From assembly GCA_002716745.1 (NCBI GenBank), contig PBBW01000005.1:184151-248150 (forward strand): a DNA stretch of 64,000 bases, in the 5' to 3' direction. Shown here one piece after another: positions 1 to 9,724 of the stretch. The position numbers were made by a program, and so were the translations under genes. The notes beneath the pieces were generated by a model. The model ran no database searches. It saw nothing but the letters and a program-made list of their open reading frames with translations, and was not told the DNA's origin. This stretch comes from Gammaproteobacteria bacterium (GTDB lineage: Bacteria > Pseudomonadota > Gammaproteobacteria > Magnimaribacterales > TMED112). The first letter of the stretch is position 1, and each line of letters opens with the position of its first letter.

Positions 1-417
1 CTAAATAAAGATGAAGCATTTATAGGTGTAATCTATGATTTCAATGAGGGAGATTTATATTATTCGTTAAAAGGAGAAGGAGCTTTCAAAAATGGTGAAA
101 AAATAACAGTTTCAGAAATATCTTCTAAAGAAAAAGCTTCGTTGACCACTGGAATACCGTTCTCTAAAGATATTGAAATGACCCAAGAATATATCGAATT
201 TCTACGTCCATGGAAAAAAGTTAGAATGTTCGGAAGCGCAGCATTGTCATGCGCATATGTAGCCTCAGGAAAATGTGATTTTTATCACGAAAAAGGAGTT
301 TATTTATGGGATTTTGCAGCCGGTATCTCACTTGTGCAGGAAGCTGGCGGGAAGGTTCAATCGAAAGAAATTGACGATAACAGATATGAAGTAATCATCA
401 CTAATGGCAAATTATGA
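1..417 (+). CDS. Inositol monophosphatase family protein (SuhB-like), 5'-truncated by the window edge
   Basis: Frame 1 is open from nt 1 with no stop before 415-417. The C-terminal IMPase signature 'WDFAAG' is present, followed by 'EAGG'. The listed ORF 142..417 is only the tail after an internal Met. Confidence 0.7.
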   Translation, partial: LNKDEAFIGVIYDFNEGDLYYSLKGEGAFKNGEKITVSEISSKEKASLTTGIPFSKDIEMTQEYIEFLRPWKKVRMFGSAALSCAYVASGKCDFYHEKGVYLWDFAAGISLVQEAGGKVQSKEIDDNRYEVIITNGKL

Positions 418-1361
418 AGATTGCAATTGTTGCTGACAAAAAATCAGGACACTTAAGTCAATGTCTTGGTCTTCGAAATATTCTTCACTCACAGGATCAA
501 AAAAAAGATCTATTCTTTTTAAATCAAGATATTATTTCTTTTCCTGGTTTCTTAGAAAGAACTTTTGTAATTTTTGGAGAAAAAATATATTTATTTTTTT
601 TAAAACTTTTAAACCCAAGCCTTGTTGAACAAAATTTTGATTTAATAATTTGCTCTGGTTCAAGAACAGCAATTCCTGGTTACTTGCTAGCCAAATCATC
701 AAATGCAAAAATAATCTATATTGGAACTCCAAAATTCAGAATAATGAAAAAATTTGATGGGATAGTGTCAACTAAAAAAGATTTAAGTGATGTCTTTAAA
801 GTCATTCCAACGGTTTTACCTCCAACAAAGTTTGTACCCTACAGTGATAGTCAAATTTCTTCTGCAAATACCCTTGTTTTAATCGGTGGAGATGGGAGTG
901 GTTATGATTATGGAGAAAAAGATTGGTACAGATTGGCATATGAATTTAATTCTATTGAAACTACTTTCATTAATTCAAGAAGAACACCCAAGTATGCTTG
1001 GGAAAATCTTAAAGATAATAAGGGCAATAAACATCAATTTCTTGATCTAGAAAAAACATCATTTGAAGCACTTCAGGATGCAATAGATTCCCATGGTAAT
1101 ATTTTTGTAACAGCTGATAGCACAAGTATGATTGTTGAGATTATAACTAGAGGATATTTTGTAAATGTAATAGAGCTAAGAGGCCCAATTAAAAGGGAGC
1201 ATCATCATGAAATAATTGAAAGTTTTGAAAAAAAAGGACTACTTAAAACTTTAAAATTATCAGAACTAAATCTAGCGGAATCAAAAATAAACGATCAGGT
1301 AAGAAATTTTGTACTTGAAGAGAGGGCTTCATTGAAAAGGCAAATATTAGAGTTAATATGA
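414..1361 (+). CDS. ELM1/DUF1022-like protein (putative; function unknown)
   Basis: 315 aa. Length and layout ('MKIAIV..DKKSGH..Q..GL', central 'LIGGDGSG') resemble bacterial ELM1/DUF1022 proteins. ATGA overlap with both neighbouring genes. Family call is from memory only. Confidence 0.4.
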   Translation: MKIAIVADKKSGHLSQCLGLRNILHSQDQKKDLFFLNQDIISFPGFLERTFVIFGEKIYLFFLKLLNPSLVEQNFDLIICSGSRTAIPGYLLAKSSNAKIIYIGTPKFRIMKKFDGIVSTKKDLSDVFKVIPTVLPPTKFVPYSDSQISSANTLVLIGGDGSGYDYGEKDWYRLAYEFNSIETTFINSRRTPKYAWENLKDNKGNKHQFLDLEKTSFEALQDAIDSHGNIFVTADSTSMIVEIITRGYFVNVIELRGPIKREHHHEIIESFEKKGLLKTLKLSELNLAESKINDQVRNFVLEERASLKRQILELI

Positions 1362-2764
1362 GATCAGCAATATGGTTCAGGAATGATTTAAGGGTCTTTG
1401 ACAATCCAGCGTTAAGTCATTGTTGTGCAAACTCTGAAGAAGTTATTGCTATATACATAATATCCCCAACCCAATGGGAAAATCATCATGATGCAAAAGT
1501 CAAAATTAGTTTATGGATAAGAAGTTTGTTAAGCCTTCAAAAAGAATTGGAAAAATTAAATATCCCCCTTTTAATATTAGAGTCGAACAAATATCAAAAT
1601 ATTTCATCTGATCTCTACGGTTTATTAAAAGAGAAGAATTGTAAAAACCTTTATTTTAACAATGAATATCCAGTAAATGAGTTAAAGAGAGATCGGTCTA
1701 TATATAAAGAATTTAAAGAAAAGGATATAGGAGTTTTCACATTTCATGATCAAGTTATTCATCCTCCTGGCACACTGAAAACAAAGGCTGGTGGAAATTT
1801 TTCAGTATACAGTCCATTTAAAAGAAAATGGTTTGAACAACTAACTGAAGAGCAGCTAAAGCTATATGATGTTCCAAAACCTAAGGCTACAATCAATATT
1901 AATGGCGCTTCACTATCTTCTTTCGAAAAAGATTTTAGTACCTCTCTGGATGGTTTATGGGCTGTAGGGGAAGAAAATATTCAAGATCAAGTTAAAGAAT
2001 TCTTATCTAAAAAAGGAATGGCTTATAAAGATGATAGGAATTTTCCAAGCATTGATGGATGTTCAAAAATCTCTCCATATCTAAATTCTGGGGTGATATC
2101 GCCAAAATGGTGCTTACTAGAGGCAAAAAAATATAATAATAACCTTCTTGATGAAGGTGATAGAGGTATTGTTCATTGGGTTTCTGAAATTCTTTGGAGA
2201 GAGTTTTACAGACATATCATATATAACTTCCCAAAAGTATCTATGAACCAACCATTTTTGAGTTATACCGATAATCTAAAATGGTCAGATAACAAAGAGC
2301 ATCTTGAGAGATGGAAAGCAGGAAGAACAGGGATACCAATTGTTGATGCCGGTATTAGAGAAATGATTAACACAGGGTGGATGCATAACCGTTTAAGAAT
2401 GATTGTCGCAATGTTTTTAAGCAAAAACTTACTTATTGATTGGCGCGAAGGAGAAAAATTTTTCATGGAAAATCTTATAGACGGTGATATTGCCTCTAAC
2501 AATGGAGGATGGCAATGGAGCGCTTCAACAGGAACCGATGCTGCTCCTTATTTTCGAATAATGAACCCCGAAACTCAATCAATAAAATTTGATGCAAAAG
2601 GTAAATACATTAAAAAATGGATCCCTGAATTAGCAGATTGCCCCATAGATGAAATACATATGCCTACGGAACCTCTAAAGTATAACTATTATGAACCGAT
2701 TGTTGATTTGAAAGAATCAAGAAAACAGGCAATTGATGCTTTTGGAGAGCTTAGAAAAGACTAA
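1358..2764 (+). CDS. phrB: Deoxyribodipyrimidine photolyase (class I CPD photolyase)
   Basis: N-terminal 'WFRNDLRVFDNPAL'. C-terminal FAD-binding block 'TGIPIVDAGIREMINTGWMHNRLRMIVAMFL...DGDIASNNGGWQWSASTGTDAAPYFRIMNP'. Confidence 0.9.
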   Translation: MRSAIWFRNDLRVFDNPALSHCCANSEEVIAIYIISPTQWENHHDAKVKISLWIRSLLSLQKELEKLNIPLLILESNKYQNISSDLYGLLKEKNCKNLYFNNEYPVNELKRDRSIYKEFKEKDIGVFTFHDQVIHPPGTLKTKAGGNFSVYSPFKRKWFEQLTEEQLKLYDVPKPKATININGASLSSFEKDFSTSLDGLWAVGEENIQDQVKEFLSKKGMAYKDDRNFPSIDGCSKISPYLNSGVISPKWCLLEAKKYNNNLLDEGDRGIVHWVSEILWREFYRHIIYNFPKVSMNQPFLSYTDNLKWSDNKEHLERWKAGRTGIPIVDAGIREMINTGWMHNRLRMIVAMFLSKNLLIDWREGEKFFMENLIDGDIASNNGGWQWSASTGTDAAPYFRIMNPETQSIKFDAKGKYIKKWIPELADCPIDEIHMPTEPLKYNYYEPIVDLKESRKQAIDAFGELRKD

Positions 2765-3603
2765 ATTGAATCTTTGAAGGCCTTTGAGAAATCAGAGAAT
2801 TTAAAATTAAACCCAGATTCTAAAAGCTTTTTTGGTTCAACATTTTGACCCTCCAATAATAGTTCAGATGCATTTCCAAATAATGTTTTATAGAAAACTT
2901 CAGGAAGATGTAGATAATTAGGCCTGTGCAAAACTCTCGCTATCATCTCAGACATTTCATGATTTGTTACAGGATTTGGTGAAACAAGGTTTACTGGACC
3001 AAAAATTTTCCTATTGATAATGAATTCCATACTATCAATTACATCCTCGATATGTATCCAAGATAATATTTGTTCTCCAGAACCAATATTTCCCCCAAGA
3101 AAATTATTAAATTGAAGAAAAAGTGGTATTACAAAATTTGATTTCGATCCAATAACTGGACCAATTCTCAAAAGAGAATAGTTTTTATTTGTAGAAAAAT
3201 TAATTGACGATTCCCACTTATGTACTAGCTTCGAAGAAAAATTTGCACTCATTTTTATCACATCATCTTCTGAGTAGATCTTTGTTTTTGAAGGGGGATA
3301 ATAGCTTATAGCTGATGCTTGTACATAATGAGAAACATTAAATTTCTCTGCAGCCTCCAGTAACTCTTTTGAATAAAAATATCTACTTTGTTGAAGTTTG
3401 GCTTTTCTGGATTTAGTCCATCTATTTGGAAAAATAGTCTCCCCTGCCAAGTTAATGATTATATCGCAATCTTCAAGCTCGTTAATATCGTATGTATTTT
3501 TCGGCGACCTAGTTAAAATCTTAATCTGATACTTGTCTTTAAATTTTTTCTGAAATGAACTTCCTATATAACCAGAGCCACCAGCTATAACTATTTTTTT
3601 CAA
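2761..3603 (-). CDS. TIGR01777/YfcH-like NAD-dependent epimerase family protein (SDR39U1-type)
   Basis: Rossmann motif 'IAGGSGYIGS'. Also 'INLAGE..RWT', 'GSGEQILSWIHIEDV', 'GPVNLVSPNPVTN' and the DUF1731-like tail 'LHRP...LLEGQNVEPKKLLESGFNFKF'. Collinear with E. coli YfcH as I recall it. Confidence 0.75.
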   Translation of the reverse strand: MKKIVIAGGSGYIGSSFQKKFKDKYQIKILTRSPKNTYDINELEDCDIIINLAGETIFPNRWTKSRKAKLQQSRYFYSKELLEAAEKFNVSHYVQASAISYYPPSKTKIYSEDDVIKMSANFSSKLVHKWESSINFSTNKNYSLLRIGPVIGSKSNFVIPLFLQFNNFLGGNIGSGEQILSWIHIEDVIDSMEFIINRKIFGPVNLVSPNPVTNHEMSEMIARVLHRPNYLHLPEVFYKTLFGNASELLLEGQNVEPKKLLESGFNFKFSDFSKAFKDSI

Positions 3604-3643
3604 TTTGTACTCTCTTTGAATCTTATACAGTAAAATAACATAT

Positions 3644-5062
3644 ATGAAGATTAAACAATTTTATATCAATGGTGAATGGGTAACGCCTGATGGTAATGAA
3701 GAAATCAACTTAATAAATCCTGCAAATGAACAAACTGTAGGTTCTATAATTTCTGCATCAAAAAAAGATGTTGATAGTGCAGTTGAATCAGCAAATAATG
3801 CTTTTAATTCAGCTTCAAACCTATCTTTAGAAGACAAAAAACAAATTCTCCAAGAAGTTATTGATGGTATGTCAAACAGGAGGGACGATTTTGCCAAGGT
3901 AATTTCCGAACAAATGGGTGCTCCTCTAAAAATGTCATCTGGAGCACAATATGGAAGTGGGGTAATTCATTTTAAGAACACCCTATCAGTCATAGATGAT
4001 TTTAAATTTCAAGAAATTCACGACAATATTACCATTAATAAACTTCCAATAGGTCCTGTCGGCATGATTACTCCTTGGAATTGGCCATTAAATCAAATGT
4101 GTACAAAGATTGCTTCTGCTATAGCTGCAGGAACCTCATTTGTCTTGAAGCCAAGTGAAATAACACCTGGCGCAGCACATATTCTTGCCGAAGTAATACA
4201 TGATACATCCATGCCAAAAGGTATGTTCAATCTAATTCATGGACATGGTGCCACAGTTGGCAGAGAAATGAGTTCACACAATGGCCTTGAAATGATTTCA
4301 TTCACTGGATCTACTCGTGCAGGAATAGATATACAGAAAAAAGCATCTGAAAATATAAAAAGAGTTTCTCTAGAACTGGGAGGGAAATCACCAAATATCA
4401 TTTTAGAGGACGTAGATCTACCATCAGCTATAAAGATGGGAATGAAGCAATGTTTTTTTAATACTGGACAATCTTGCTCTTCCCCAACAAGGATGCTTGT
4501 GCCAGAAAGCCTTATGAAAGATGCTACAAGCATTGCGGTACAAACGTCTAAAGAAATGGTCACTGGCGATCCACTACAAGAAGAAACTTTTCTTGGGCCA
4601 ATATCGAACAAAAAACAATTTGAAAAAGTTCAAGAATTAATTCAGGTTGGTATTGAGGAGGGCGCTACACTAGCATGTGGTGGTGTAGGAAGACCTGATG
4701 GAATTAAAAAAGGCTTTTTTGTTAAACCAACTGTTTTTACCAATGTAGATAATTCAATGAGAATTGCCCAGGATGAAATCTTCGGACCAGTCATTTGTCT
4801 AATACCATATAAAGACATAGAGGATGCCATTTCAATAGCTAATGACACTAGTTATGGTCTTTCAAGCATGGTCTCTTGTGCAGATCCCCAAAAAGGGCAG
4901 GAAATTGCTAAAAGAATAAGGGCTGGGCAAGTTATTGTTAATAGAATTTCAAGAGGAGATTATCCTGCACCCTTTGGTGGTTTTAAAATGTCAGGAAATG
5001 GTAGAGAGCATGGTACTTTTGGAATTGAAGAATACCTTGAGGTCCAAGCTGTAATTTCTTAA
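3644..5062 (+). CDS. NAD(P)-dependent aldehyde dehydrogenase
   Basis: 472 aa with ALDH hallmarks: 'ITPWNWP', 'FTGST', the Glu site 'LELGGKSP' and the Cys site 'FFNTGQSCSSPTR'. Confidence 0.85.
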   Translation: MKIKQFYINGEWVTPDGNEEINLINPANEQTVGSIISASKKDVDSAVESANNAFNSASNLSLEDKKQILQEVIDGMSNRRDDFAKVISEQMGAPLKMSSGAQYGSGVIHFKNTLSVIDDFKFQEIHDNITINKLPIGPVGMITPWNWPLNQMCTKIASAIAAGTSFVLKPSEITPGAAHILAEVIHDTSMPKGMFNLIHGHGATVGREMSSHNGLEMISFTGSTRAGIDIQKKASENIKRVSLELGGKSPNIILEDVDLPSAIKMGMKQCFFNTGQSCSSPTRMLVPESLMKDATSIAVQTSKEMVTGDPLQEETFLGPISNKKQFEKVQELIQVGIEEGATLACGGVGRPDGIKKGFFVKPTVFTNVDNSMRIAQDEIFGPVICLIPYKDIEDAISIANDTSYGLSSMVSCADPQKGQEIAKRIRAGQVIVNRISRGDYPAPFGGFKMSGNGREHGTFGIEEYLEVQAVIS

Positions 5063-5895
5063 TCTAAAAAATCTGGTTCAGTTTCCCAAAGAACATCAAG
5101 CAATGGCTGCATGCTAGCGAAGGCAGAGAGGTCATTTGCTACATAATCTCTTGTGTGCCTTGCAACATCATCGTCAATTTGTATAGGGTCTCCTATTGAT
5201 TCTGCAATTAATTGAGACTGACAAGCCTCTTCCATATTGAGAAAATACCAAAGAGCAGTATCTACCATTGACCCAGTAGTAAGAATTCCGTGATTTCGTA
5301 AAATTAAAAAGTCTTTATCAGCTAGTGATTTTGAAATATTAATACCTTCATCAGGCCCATTAGCTACCCCATCATAATCTGTAAATGTTGCTGTTCTTTC
5401 AAAAAAAGCACAGGAATCTTGTGTCAAAGGTTTAAGCATCTTGTCTAAGGTAGAAAATGTTTTTCCATGCATAGGATGAGCATGAGCAATAGCATTTATA
5501 TCATCTCTATTTTTATAAATATTCGAATGGATTGATTGAGCTGCGTCACCAGTTCGTTCCCTCCCAAACACAAGTTCACCCTCTTGATGCATTAAGCATA
5601 AATCTGAAACTTTCATTTGGGAAAAATGATAGCCTAAAGGATTTATCCAAAAACAATCCTTAAATTCAGGATCACGAAAAGAGATATGACCAACAAGACC
5701 TAAATCGAACCCTTTTTTAGAAAAAATTCTGTAAGCCGCGGCAAGGTGTTCAACGCCATACCGTCTTTGCTCTTCGATAGATTTTGAATTAATATCTATC
5801 GATCCAGACAATCCTCTTCCTTTATAAGGTAATTTTCCTTTATTTAAATCAATCTTATTAGCTATTGATGTATTAAAATTATCTGCTGCAGCCAT
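5059..5895 (-). CDS. Class II aldolase/adducin domain protein
   Basis: Aldolase_II-type pattern with the metal-ligand histidines 'AIAHAHPMHG'. I place the start at the internal Met ('MAAADNF', 5895). The longest ORF (to 5946) would overlap the divergent fumC start. Confidence 0.65.
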   Translation of the reverse strand: MAAADNFNTSIANKIDLNKGKLPYKGRGLSGSIDINSKSIEEQRRYGVEHLAAAYRIFSKKGFDLGLVGHISFRDPEFKDCFWINPLGYHFSQMKVSDLCLMHQEGELVFGRERTGDAAQSIHSNIYKNRDDINAIAHAHPMHGKTFSTLDKMLKPLTQDSCAFFERTATFTDYDGVANGPDEGINISKSLADKDFLILRNHGILTTGSMVDTALWYFLNMEEACQSQLIAESIGDPIQIDDDVARHTRDYVANDLSAFASMQPLLDVLWETEPDFLD

Positions 5896-5931
5896 AATAG
5901 ATTTATAATAATTTATAATTCTTGAGAAATC

Positions 5932-7329
5932 ATGAAAAAAGCACAAAATTTTAGAGTAGAGAAAGATAGTTTGGGTGACGTAAAAGTTCCTATTGACGCA
6001 CTATGGGGTGCCCAAACACAAAGGGCATTACAAAACTTCCCTATTAGTGGCATTAAATTTAAGTTTCCATTTGGCAGATCATTTATAAAGGCAATGGGAG
6101 CTATTAAATATTCTGCAGCAGTTGCGAACCAAGACCTTGGCTTAATATCTGCAAAAAAGTCTAATGCCATAAAGAATGCTTCAAGATTAGTTATGAAAGG
6201 GGATGTTGATGACCATTTCCCTCTAGATATATTTCAAACTGGTTCAGGTACAAGTACAAATATGAATGCAAATGAAGTAATTGCAAATCTAGCATCTCAA
6301 AAAATTAAATCAGCTATATGCCCTAACGATGAAGTCAATAGGAGTCAAAGTAGTAACGATACGATACCAACTGCAATTTGTATAAGCGCTTTATATGATA
6401 TGGAAGAATTTCTTTTGCCAAGTTTAGATTTATTGATCAAAGAAATTGATCTTAAGTCGAAAAGCCTTAAAGGAAAACTCAAAACAGGACGAACACACTT
6501 AATGGATGCAATGCCAATAGATTTTTCTCAAGAATTATCTGGATGGTCAGCACAGCTAAAAAGCTCAAAAGAAATATTGTCCCAAGCTAACAAGAGAATG
6601 CTTCTTTTGCCTCAAGGTGGAACAGCCATAGGTACAGGAGTAAACTCACATAAAGAATTTCCAAAATATTTTTGTAATGCAATGGAGAAAATAACAGGCT
6701 TTAAAGTGAAACCAGCTCCTAATTTTTTCCAGAGCCTCAGCTCTCAAGATAACTCAAGTGAACTTTCAAGTGCAGTAAAGAACCTTTCTCTCATATTGAT
6801 GAAGATTTCAAATGATATTAGATGGATGAATAGCGGGCCGTTGACAGGCCTAGCAGATATTGAACTGGAAGCACTACAACCTGGTAGTAGTATCATGCCA
6901 GGAAAAGTAAACCCAGTTATTCCTGAGGCTGTTTCAATGGCTTGTGCAGATGTAATCGGGAATGATTTAACGATTTCAATTGGTGTTCAAAGCGGAAATT
7001 TTCAATTAAATGTTATGTTGCCAGTAATTGCATATAACCTATTAAAAAGCATTAATTTGATGGGGAATTGTATGCCACTCCTTGCCAAGAAATGCATTAA
7101 AACATTTAAAATAAATGAAAAGAATAGTTCTCAAAATCTTCATAGGAATCCTATCTTAGTCACAGCTCTGAATCCTATAATTGGATATAAGAAGGCTGCA
7201 GAAATTGCAAAAAAAGCATATAAAGAAAAGCGAGCTATTATTGATGTTGCTGAAGAGATGACTACTATAGAGAGAAAGGAGTTAGAAAGTTTGTTGGATC
7301 CAAAGAATCTAATCAAACCCTATTTTTAA
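5932..7329 (+). CDS. fumC: Class II fumarate hydratase
   Basis: 'LWGAQTQRALQNF', 'QTGSGTSTNMNANEVIAN' and the SS-loop 'GSSIMPGKVNP'. The N-terminus aligns better with FumC than with aspartase. Confidence 0.8.
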   Translation: MKKAQNFRVEKDSLGDVKVPIDALWGAQTQRALQNFPISGIKFKFPFGRSFIKAMGAIKYSAAVANQDLGLISAKKSNAIKNASRLVMKGDVDDHFPLDIFQTGSGTSTNMNANEVIANLASQKIKSAICPNDEVNRSQSSNDTIPTAICISALYDMEEFLLPSLDLLIKEIDLKSKSLKGKLKTGRTHLMDAMPIDFSQELSGWSAQLKSSKEILSQANKRMLLLPQGGTAIGTGVNSHKEFPKYFCNAMEKITGFKVKPAPNFFQSLSSQDNSSELSSAVKNLSLILMKISNDIRWMNSGPLTGLADIELEALQPGSSIMPGKVNPVIPEAVSMACADVIGNDLTISIGVQSGNFQLNVMLPVIAYNLLKSINLMGNCMPLLAKKCIKTFKINEKNSSQNLHRNPILVTALNPIIGYKKAAEIAKKAYKEKRAIIDVAEEMTTIERKELESLLDPKNLIKPYF

Positions 7330-7331
7330 AT

Positions 7332-7706
7332 ATGAAATTAACAGAAGAAAAATGCGAAGCATGCCAAGTTGGTGCTCCAAGAGTTAAGCCTGACGAACAG
7401 GAACAGTTTTTGAAAGAGCTTGATGATTGGATTGTCATCACTGAAACAAAAGAAGTTAGAAATATTGGAGACCATGATGTTTCAAACTCTTCAGAAATCG
7501 ATAAATTATTTAAGGAGTATAAATTTAAAAACTATTCATCAGCATTGGAGTTTGCTACAAAGGTTGCTAATCTCGCGGAAAACGAAAACCACCACCCGCT
7601 TATTGCTCTAGAATGGGGAAAGGTTAGAGTTTGGTGGTGGACGCATGCAATCGAAGGACTACATAGAAATGATTTCGTTTGTGCAGCAAAAACTGACCAA
7701 CTTTAG
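7332..7706 (+). CDS. phhB: 4a-hydroxytetrahydrobiopterin (pterin-4a-carbinolamine) dehydratase
   Basis: PCD signature 'ENHHP...EWGKVRVWWWTHAIEGLHRNDFVCAAKTD'. N-terminal 'CEAC'. Confidence 0.8.
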   Translation: MKLTEEKCEACQVGAPRVKPDEQEQFLKELDDWIVITETKEVRNIGDHDVSNSSEIDKLFKEYKFKNYSSALEFATKVANLAENENHHPLIALEWGKVRVWWWTHAIEGLHRNDFVCAAKTDQL

Positions 7707-8357
7707 ATGGAGAAAGCCCTAATAGTCTATTCAGGAGGGCTTGATTCTTTTACTCTTCTAAATTTAGCTAAACAAAAATTTAGGCAAGTCATGGCTGTAA
7801 GCTTTGACTACGGGCAGAAGCATCGAAAAGAGTTAAATTTTGCATCAGAATGTGCTCAAAGATTAAATATTGAACATAAAGTTATTCGTCTACCTTTTGA
7901 AGAATTTCTTTCTGAATCAGCTCTAGTAGGAGCTACAAAAGTTCCTGAAGGAAATTATGACAAAGAGAAAATGAAACTCACAGTTGTGCCCAATAGAAAT
8001 ATGATAATGATATCTGTGGCAGCATCATTAGCAATCTCTAAAAAAATAAATTATATTTGGTATGCTGCACATTCTGGAGATCACGAAATTTACCCAGACT
8101 GTAGACCAGAATTTATATCAAAACTCTCTAATGTTTTAGAAATTTGTGATTACCATAAAATCGTTCTTGAAGCTCCTTTTCAAAACCTTACTAAAACAGA
8201 TATCTTAAAGATGGGGTTAGAAATGAAACTAGATTACTCACAAACGTGGACTTGCTATGAAGGTAAAGATCTACCCTGTGGAAAATGTAGTGCTTGCATT
8301 GAAAGAGCTAACTCTTTTAAAGAGAACAATGCTAAGGACCCATTGAATGAACTATAG
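7707..8357 (+). CDS. queC: 7-cyano-7-deazaguanine synthase
   Basis: PP-loop 'VYSGGLDS'. C-terminal Zn cluster 'CYEG...CGKCSACIER'. Starts immediately after the phhB stop. Confidence 0.9.
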   Translation: MEKALIVYSGGLDSFTLLNLAKQKFRQVMAVSFDYGQKHRKELNFASECAQRLNIEHKVIRLPFEEFLSESALVGATKVPEGNYDKEKMKLTVVPNRNMIMISVAASLAISKKINYIWYAAHSGDHEIYPDCRPEFISKLSNVLEICDYHKIVLEAPFQNLTKTDILKMGLEMKLDYSQTWTCYEGKDLPCGKCSACIERANSFKENNAKDPLNEL

Positions 8358-8976
8358 AATAAAAGAGATCTTTTATACCCAACAAGGAGAGGGTAAAAAT
8401 ACAGGAATGAATTCAGTTTTTATAAGGTTTACAGGATGTAATCTTTGGAGCGGCAAGGAAAAAAACCGTGGCAATGCAATTTGTAATTTCTGTGATACTG
8501 ACTTTTATGGAACTGATGGCATTAATGGAGGTATTTATACCAAGGAAGAGCTTTTATCTAAAGTTAGGTCTATTTGGTTAAATAAAGATGAAAATATAAA
8601 TGTCGTTTTGACAGGAGGAGAGCCTTTATTACAGGTTGATCAACAATTAATTAATTTTTTTAAGGAAAATAATTTATATATTGCAATTGAAACAAATGGA
8701 ACGATCATTCCACCTTCAGGAATTGATTGGATTTGTATGAGCCCTAAACCTAAAACAAAAATTAATGTTTCCAGTGGAGATGAAATAAAATTCATATACC
8801 CCCAACAAAATTTTAATCCTAAAATGTTTGAGGCAATGAATTTTAGTCATTTTTATGTTCAACCTATGGATTCAGAAAAATTACAAGAAAATATAAACGA
8901 AACCATTAAATTTTGTATGCAGAATCCAAAGTGGAAAATTAGCCTACAGTCCCATAAAATTCTTGGTATACAGTAA
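8347..8976 (+). CDS. queE: 7-carboxy-7-deazaguanine synthase (radical SAM)
   Basis: 'EIFYTQQGEGKNTGMNSVFIRFTGCNLWSG..C.FCDT', 'LTGGEPLL' and the C-terminal 'SLQSHKILGI'. Confidence 0.85.
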   Translation: MNYRIKEIFYTQQGEGKNTGMNSVFIRFTGCNLWSGKEKNRGNAICNFCDTDFYGTDGINGGIYTKEELLSKVRSIWLNKDENINVVLTGGEPLLQVDQQLINFFKENNLYIAIETNGTIIPPSGIDWICMSPKPKTKINVSSGDEIKFIYPQQNFNPKMFEAMNFSHFYVQPMDSEKLQENINETIKFCMQNPKWKISLQSHKILGIQ

Positions 8977-9688
8977 ACATTAAGAAAAATCCTGCTATCC
9001 AGGAACCAAAAGCATGCTTACTCTTATATTGCTGAGTAAGTATAATTTTTAAAATTAAACTAAGTGATGCAAGTGTTAGTAAGTAGAATGATGCAGGTAA
9101 TCCAAAATAAAGGAAAGCTGTAAATAAGAGTAAGATATCCGCAAGACCAATTCCTTCAGTACCCTTAATTTTTAGGTACGAATAATAAATGAGCAGTAAA
9201 ATAATGCAAGCACAACTTGCAGCAAATAGGTTCTGTAAAATTTGGCTATTTGAATGGTTAAAGTAAAGCTCTAAAACCACCCAAGTAAGTATGAATAAAT
9301 TATTCCAAATAGGTATTTCCTGATATTTCTCATCACAAAAGATGAGAAAGATTATAGAAATTGCTAAAAATGAAATTTGTAAAGAATTAGAAATTATTCC
9401 AAAAACAAAAATTAATGCTCCTAGGATCTCAAAAAAGATATATTTTTTTGTAATGGGTTTTTTGCAACACCTGCTTTTCCCACGCTGAAATAAATAAGAA
9501 AAAACTGGAAATAATTCAGAGAGATTTAAGTTTTTTTGACAAAAGTCGCATGTAGATCTAACAAAAACTCTATCTGTAAAATTTTTGTATTCTCTTCGAT
9601 AATTATCATATTCTTGCACCAACCAACTTGCTATAGATGCTCCTATTATGCCTGAGAGCACTGGTATGACTAGATATAAGCTGTTCAT
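8939..9688 (-). CDS. Prepilin peptidase (A24 family, PilD-like)
   Basis: Polytopic membrane protein with the paired Cys motif 'CDFCQKNL...RGKSRCCKKPI' typical of prepilin peptidases. Start moved to the internal Met 'MNSLYLV' (9688), because the longest ORF overlaps the guaB start. The 3' end overlaps queE convergently by 38 nt. Confidence 0.65.
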   Translation of the reverse strand: MNSLYLVIPVLSGIIGASIASWLVQEYDNYRREYKNFTDRVFVRSTCDFCQKNLNLSELFPVFSYLFQRGKSRCCKKPITKKYIFFEILGALIFVFGIISNSLQISFLAISIIFLIFCDEKYQEIPIWNNLFILTWVVLELYFNHSNSQILQNLFAASCACIILLLIYYSYLKIKGTEGIGLADILLLFTAFLYFGLPASFYLLTLASLSLILKIILTQQYKSKHAFGSWIAGFFLMFTVYQEFYGTVG

Positions 9689-9724
9689 AGTGGAAACAAA
9701 TGTCCTGTTGATATATACTATATT

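Noticed and set aside
7707-8976. queC/queE as part of a 7-deazaguanine DNA-modification (Dpd-like) system.
   Set aside because: There is no DpdA/TGT-like transglycosylase, helicase or nuclease partner nearby. The context (fumC, phhB, guaB) is housekeeping, and queH elsewhere in the window fits ordinary tRNA queuosine synthesis.
8939-8976. The 38-nt convergent overlap of the queE and prepilin peptidase 3' ends as a possible regulatory antisense arrangement.
   Set aside because: Both C-termini look genuine. Overlaps and near-zero intergenic spacers are the norm throughout this window (for example purF/acnB with a 1-nt gap, and DUF962/xthA with a 4-nt overlap), so compaction is the simplest explanation.
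9705-9720. The SOS-box-like CTGT-N8-ACTA (CTGTTGATATATACTA) between the prepilin peptidase gene and guaB.
   Set aside because: Only one half-site is intact (ACTA instead of ACAG). AT-rich spacers are ubiquitous here, and guaB is not an expected LexA target.
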